Shown here piece after piece: positions 62,601 to 64,000 of a DNA stretch of 64,000 nucleotides (position 1 is its first letter; every line of letters starts with the position of its first letter). The position numbers and the translations under genes are program-made. The stretch is from an uncultured bacterium. Lineage in GTDB: Bacteria > Fidelibacterota > Marinisomatia > Marinisomatales > UBA1611. The notes beneath the pieces are model-generated. The model was given only the letters and a program-made list of their open reading frames with translations. It was not told the DNA's origin and ran no database searches. The stretch is taken from assembly GCA_965660855.1 (NCBI GenBank), contig CBFIBM010000004.1:32001-96000 (forward strand). Direction: 5' to 3'.

Positions 62601-63489
62601 GTGTAAGAGTAAAAGCAACAATATCGCCAGAATTAAAAGGAACGAGAACATCAGAAAATCCATCAGCATCCCAATCCGTTAGTTGAATTGAATTTGGCAA
62701 AATTCCACTCAAACCATCAATTTGTTTGCGTACAAGATGCCCTGAATCAAAAACGCCTCCAATATTATAAAATGGCTGTGCCTTTATTGTGTTACCATCA
62801 GGACTTAAAGCTAATACATCATCATAACCGTCTCCATCATAATCAACTACGCCAACATATAGCAACCCAGATCCAACTAACAGCTGATCTGGACGTATTT
62901 TTTTTGAGAGCGACATCCCATTCGCATTAAAGTTCACAACCGCAAAACCTCGAAATGGACTGCCCAAGGCTAGAACTATTTCTTGATCACCGTCTGAGTC
63001 CTGGTCAAGAAGTTGAAAGTTATTACATCGTAAAGATCTATTTTCCTTTCCTAAATCTAGTGTAGAGCTTGGAATTTCTGAAAAATTTGTTCCATTCCAT
63101 GAATAAGTTGCTATAAAAACGTGTGGCGTTGTATTGTTTTCAAAGCGAGAAAGATTCATTACAATAATGATTTCAGGAAAACCATCCCCATCTACATCAC
63201 CAATCTTAGCATCAACAAAATCTCCTGCTAACTCAACCGGAGGTTTAAACTCCCAGATTAATGTCTGATAGTTATCTGCATCAATTTCATAGTATCTAAC
63301 CTTATTAGGAAACACACCTTCTTTTGGATTTAGTTCTAAAGCTATAAACTCTAACATTTGATCCCCATCAAGATCATATGCTCCATTCATGTGAGAAATT
63401 TTTTGTCCAAATAAAAATGAAAAAATAACAAAGGACATAAAAACTGTTGTAATATTTTTATTACTAGTTTTAATATTTAGACTTAACAA
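59605..63489 (-). CDS. Large surface protein: FG-GAP/VCBS propeller, Pro-rich linker, about 7 He_PIG/cadherin-like Ig domains, C-terminal TM
   Basis: Six DxDxDG-type repeats; repeated P.GM...G...W.P blocks; hydrophobic C-terminus. Exact start is uncertain. Confidence 0.85.
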   Translation of the reverse strand: MLSLNIKTSNKNITTVFMSFVIFSFLFGQKISHMNGAYDLDGDQMLEFIALELNPKEGVFPNKVRYYEIDADNYQTLIWEFKPPVELAGDFVDAKIGDVDGDGFPEIIIVMNLSRFENNTTPHVFIATYSWNGTNFSEIPSSTLDLGKENRSLRCNNFQLLDQDSDGDQEIVLALGSPFRGFAVVNFNANGMSLSKKIRPDQLLVGSGLLYVGVVDYDGDGYDDVLALSPDGNTIKAQPFYNIGGVFDSGHLVRKQIDGLSGILPNSIQLTDWDADGFSDVLVPFNSGDIVAFTLTPATLVIEEVPIVSGPLTQIALEDFDQDTYEDILTLSSDLNTITLISGKNGGSKQVQNALKNVPNEMQIFSMLPLTKAGLYSGSILVSGWNGDQNSTYIVELGSKSSQLDQGYLITPDFIQKQLPALLSNVDDLKPEIPEVFIELPPEEKIPLEPQKEEIIITDLGESPSSYLPSTIYPDQKEGKVLREQPRMPIPKKIVRTLEQPKLPKPKEALGQRLPKYILPRYVLRPGQPFLYEIPKDSSDEFYSFRWEKQPPKGMYFLYESKSINWVPTEKQLDAFSLSYMVRMKVDETMEATTGVNEVEQVFKAVPVLESRDESLWVYVNDPPRFLTQPTITEFIAGSTFRYEPIIQDLNKDSSIKLELEVAPEGMYIEDDVIVWKTDSNHVEVYDVRLIASDGFERTAQEFQLFSRAGVKILSKAPGKASVGTPYNYTVKVWKQRPDEKISYKLFSGPDGMKLQPDGTISWTPNPVQVDTVDYSIIVSHGVATDTQNVKLFVNHPPIIKSAPMIMNTINVGGIWDFDLVIEEPNKKDRLIYTAHELPEGMRMDPQTGFLRWEPTMNELDFHKLKIEISDGHESRIIESEFFVNAPTKIVSVPPMSSTVGEEYAYKIMINDKNKGALLPFKRVVKVHDVSAIRMYSINITDDVALSNIDRFLGDWHNSDAIYYVDPKYPADSLVSRLNLKKYTHSVFFEDDRLWVLLETIDGRTIKMKDFLWEFFHGSKGKPPRVVVEKVNPFRFNLLDFPEGMVVEKSSGTLRWTPTVEQADAHRITVVVSDGYTKDEQTYEVYANHLPTIVSNPPHMGLAGELFKYQVRVEDKNENTKLEYTLLKGPHGMQMDRYGKILWVPKAAQINNNTFEVAVSDGYGTDVQKGKIFVNNAPTVISSPKPVGLTGHSWRYKITTEDLNGDKVAYRSVRLPKYARFDKNRATLEWTPRKNQMGMNDFILMAVDEHGATSTHEFQVHVFHDPSSKQLVNTGWPLMLTFVGVVFAYGMSQI

Positions 63490-63494
63490 AATAA

Positions 63495-64000
63495 CTACTT
63501 TTTACCCTCTATTAGCTCTTTATCGTCAATGACTTTTTTATCACCTTGAGACTTTGAAGGAAATTCTATCTTCTTTGTTGGTAACGTATTTTTTCTATTT
63601 TCAAGTTTTAGTGTATCTGTTTTAGGAACAATATCTTCGAATTCTATATTATTATCCTCGCTTTCTTGTGTTTGAGGTAAGCTTTTTAGTGAATCTGTTT
63701 TAACAGCCTCTGTCTCCTCCACTTCTTCAAATGGGATATTACTTTGTTTTGGTTTTATTGGAATTAGTGGTTCTAATTGTTCAGTCTGAGCATCTGGTAA
63801 TCTTGGCTCTCTGAATACTTTAGGTATCTTCCCCTTAGGGCCAAATAAAGGCTCTTCCAAAGACCCTCCTTGTAACAACCTAATTTTCAATTCATCTGGG
63901 AAGAATTCTTTAATCAGCCTCGAAAAAAGTACTTCAGGTTGTACTTTTCCTGTTAGATCAAATTCAGTGGTGACTTTTTTAAAACCGTTTGGGCGTACAA
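63495..64000 (-). CDS. C-terminal part of a hypothetical protein, 5' truncated by the window
   Basis: Frame of ORF 63495..63890 stays open to the window edge (VRPNGFKKVTTEF...); Pro/Glu/Lys-rich tail. Confidence 0.7.
   Translation of the reverse strand, partial: VRPNGFKKVTTEFDLTGKVQPEVLFSRLIKEFFPDELKIRLLQGGSLEEPLFGPKGKIPKVFREPRLPDAQTEQLEPLIPIKPKQSNIPFEEVEETEAVKTDSLKSLPQTQESEDNNIEFEDIVPKTDTLKLENRKNTLPTKKIEFPSKSQGDKKVIDDKELIEGKK

Noticed and set aside
580..62930. Many short ORFs (60-166 aa) antisense to or nested in long genes, for example 20534-21034, 28443-28802 and 60260-60601
   Set aside because: They overlap well-supported genes and have no motifs or RBS; expected antisense shadows.

Overview
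Very AT-rich, gene-dense bacterial chromosome segment. Intergenic gaps are tiny, with many ATGA/TAATG overlaps. It consists mostly of housekeeping genes of a diderm (LPS-making) organism. Gene content and protein styles (Bacteroidota/Chlorobi-type LpxC, FloA/NfeD, membrane PPase, PorV/PorQ-like barrel, FG-GAP/Ig surface protein) fit a streamlined FCB-superphylum genome such as marine Ca. Marinimicrobia; this is an inference, not a database result. Contents: dnaG region; a nucleoside-salvage cluster (udk, tdk, nupC, adk, coaE); an nfeD-floA operon; an envelope cluster (uppS, bamA, skp, lpxD, lpxC, fabZ, lpxA, dxr, rseP); mrp and ferredoxin; priA to mutY/plsC; rpsF-rpsR-rplI; hppA; ispD-ispF-ispE-tRNA-Gln-prs-rplY-pth; queA, ruvB, uvrA; a divergent fabL-like/fabA pair; ychF; a second lipid A operon; and a large surface protein. 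No CRISPR array, rRNA, integrase or transposase was seen. Best leads: (1) a gnnA-like / ICMT-family methyltransferase (LmtA-like) / lpxB / DUF374 (LpxJ-like) / lpxK operon that predicts a Leptospira-like diamino, phosphate-methylated lipid A; (2) an in-frame TGA exactly at a conserved Trp of YqgE/AlgH; (3) lpxC and fabZ one base short of the FCB-type fusion; (4) a proteobacterial-type FabA; (5) an orphan DNA methyltransferase with degenerate motifs; (6) a surface protein ending in an LPxTG-like LVNTG plus transmembrane tail.
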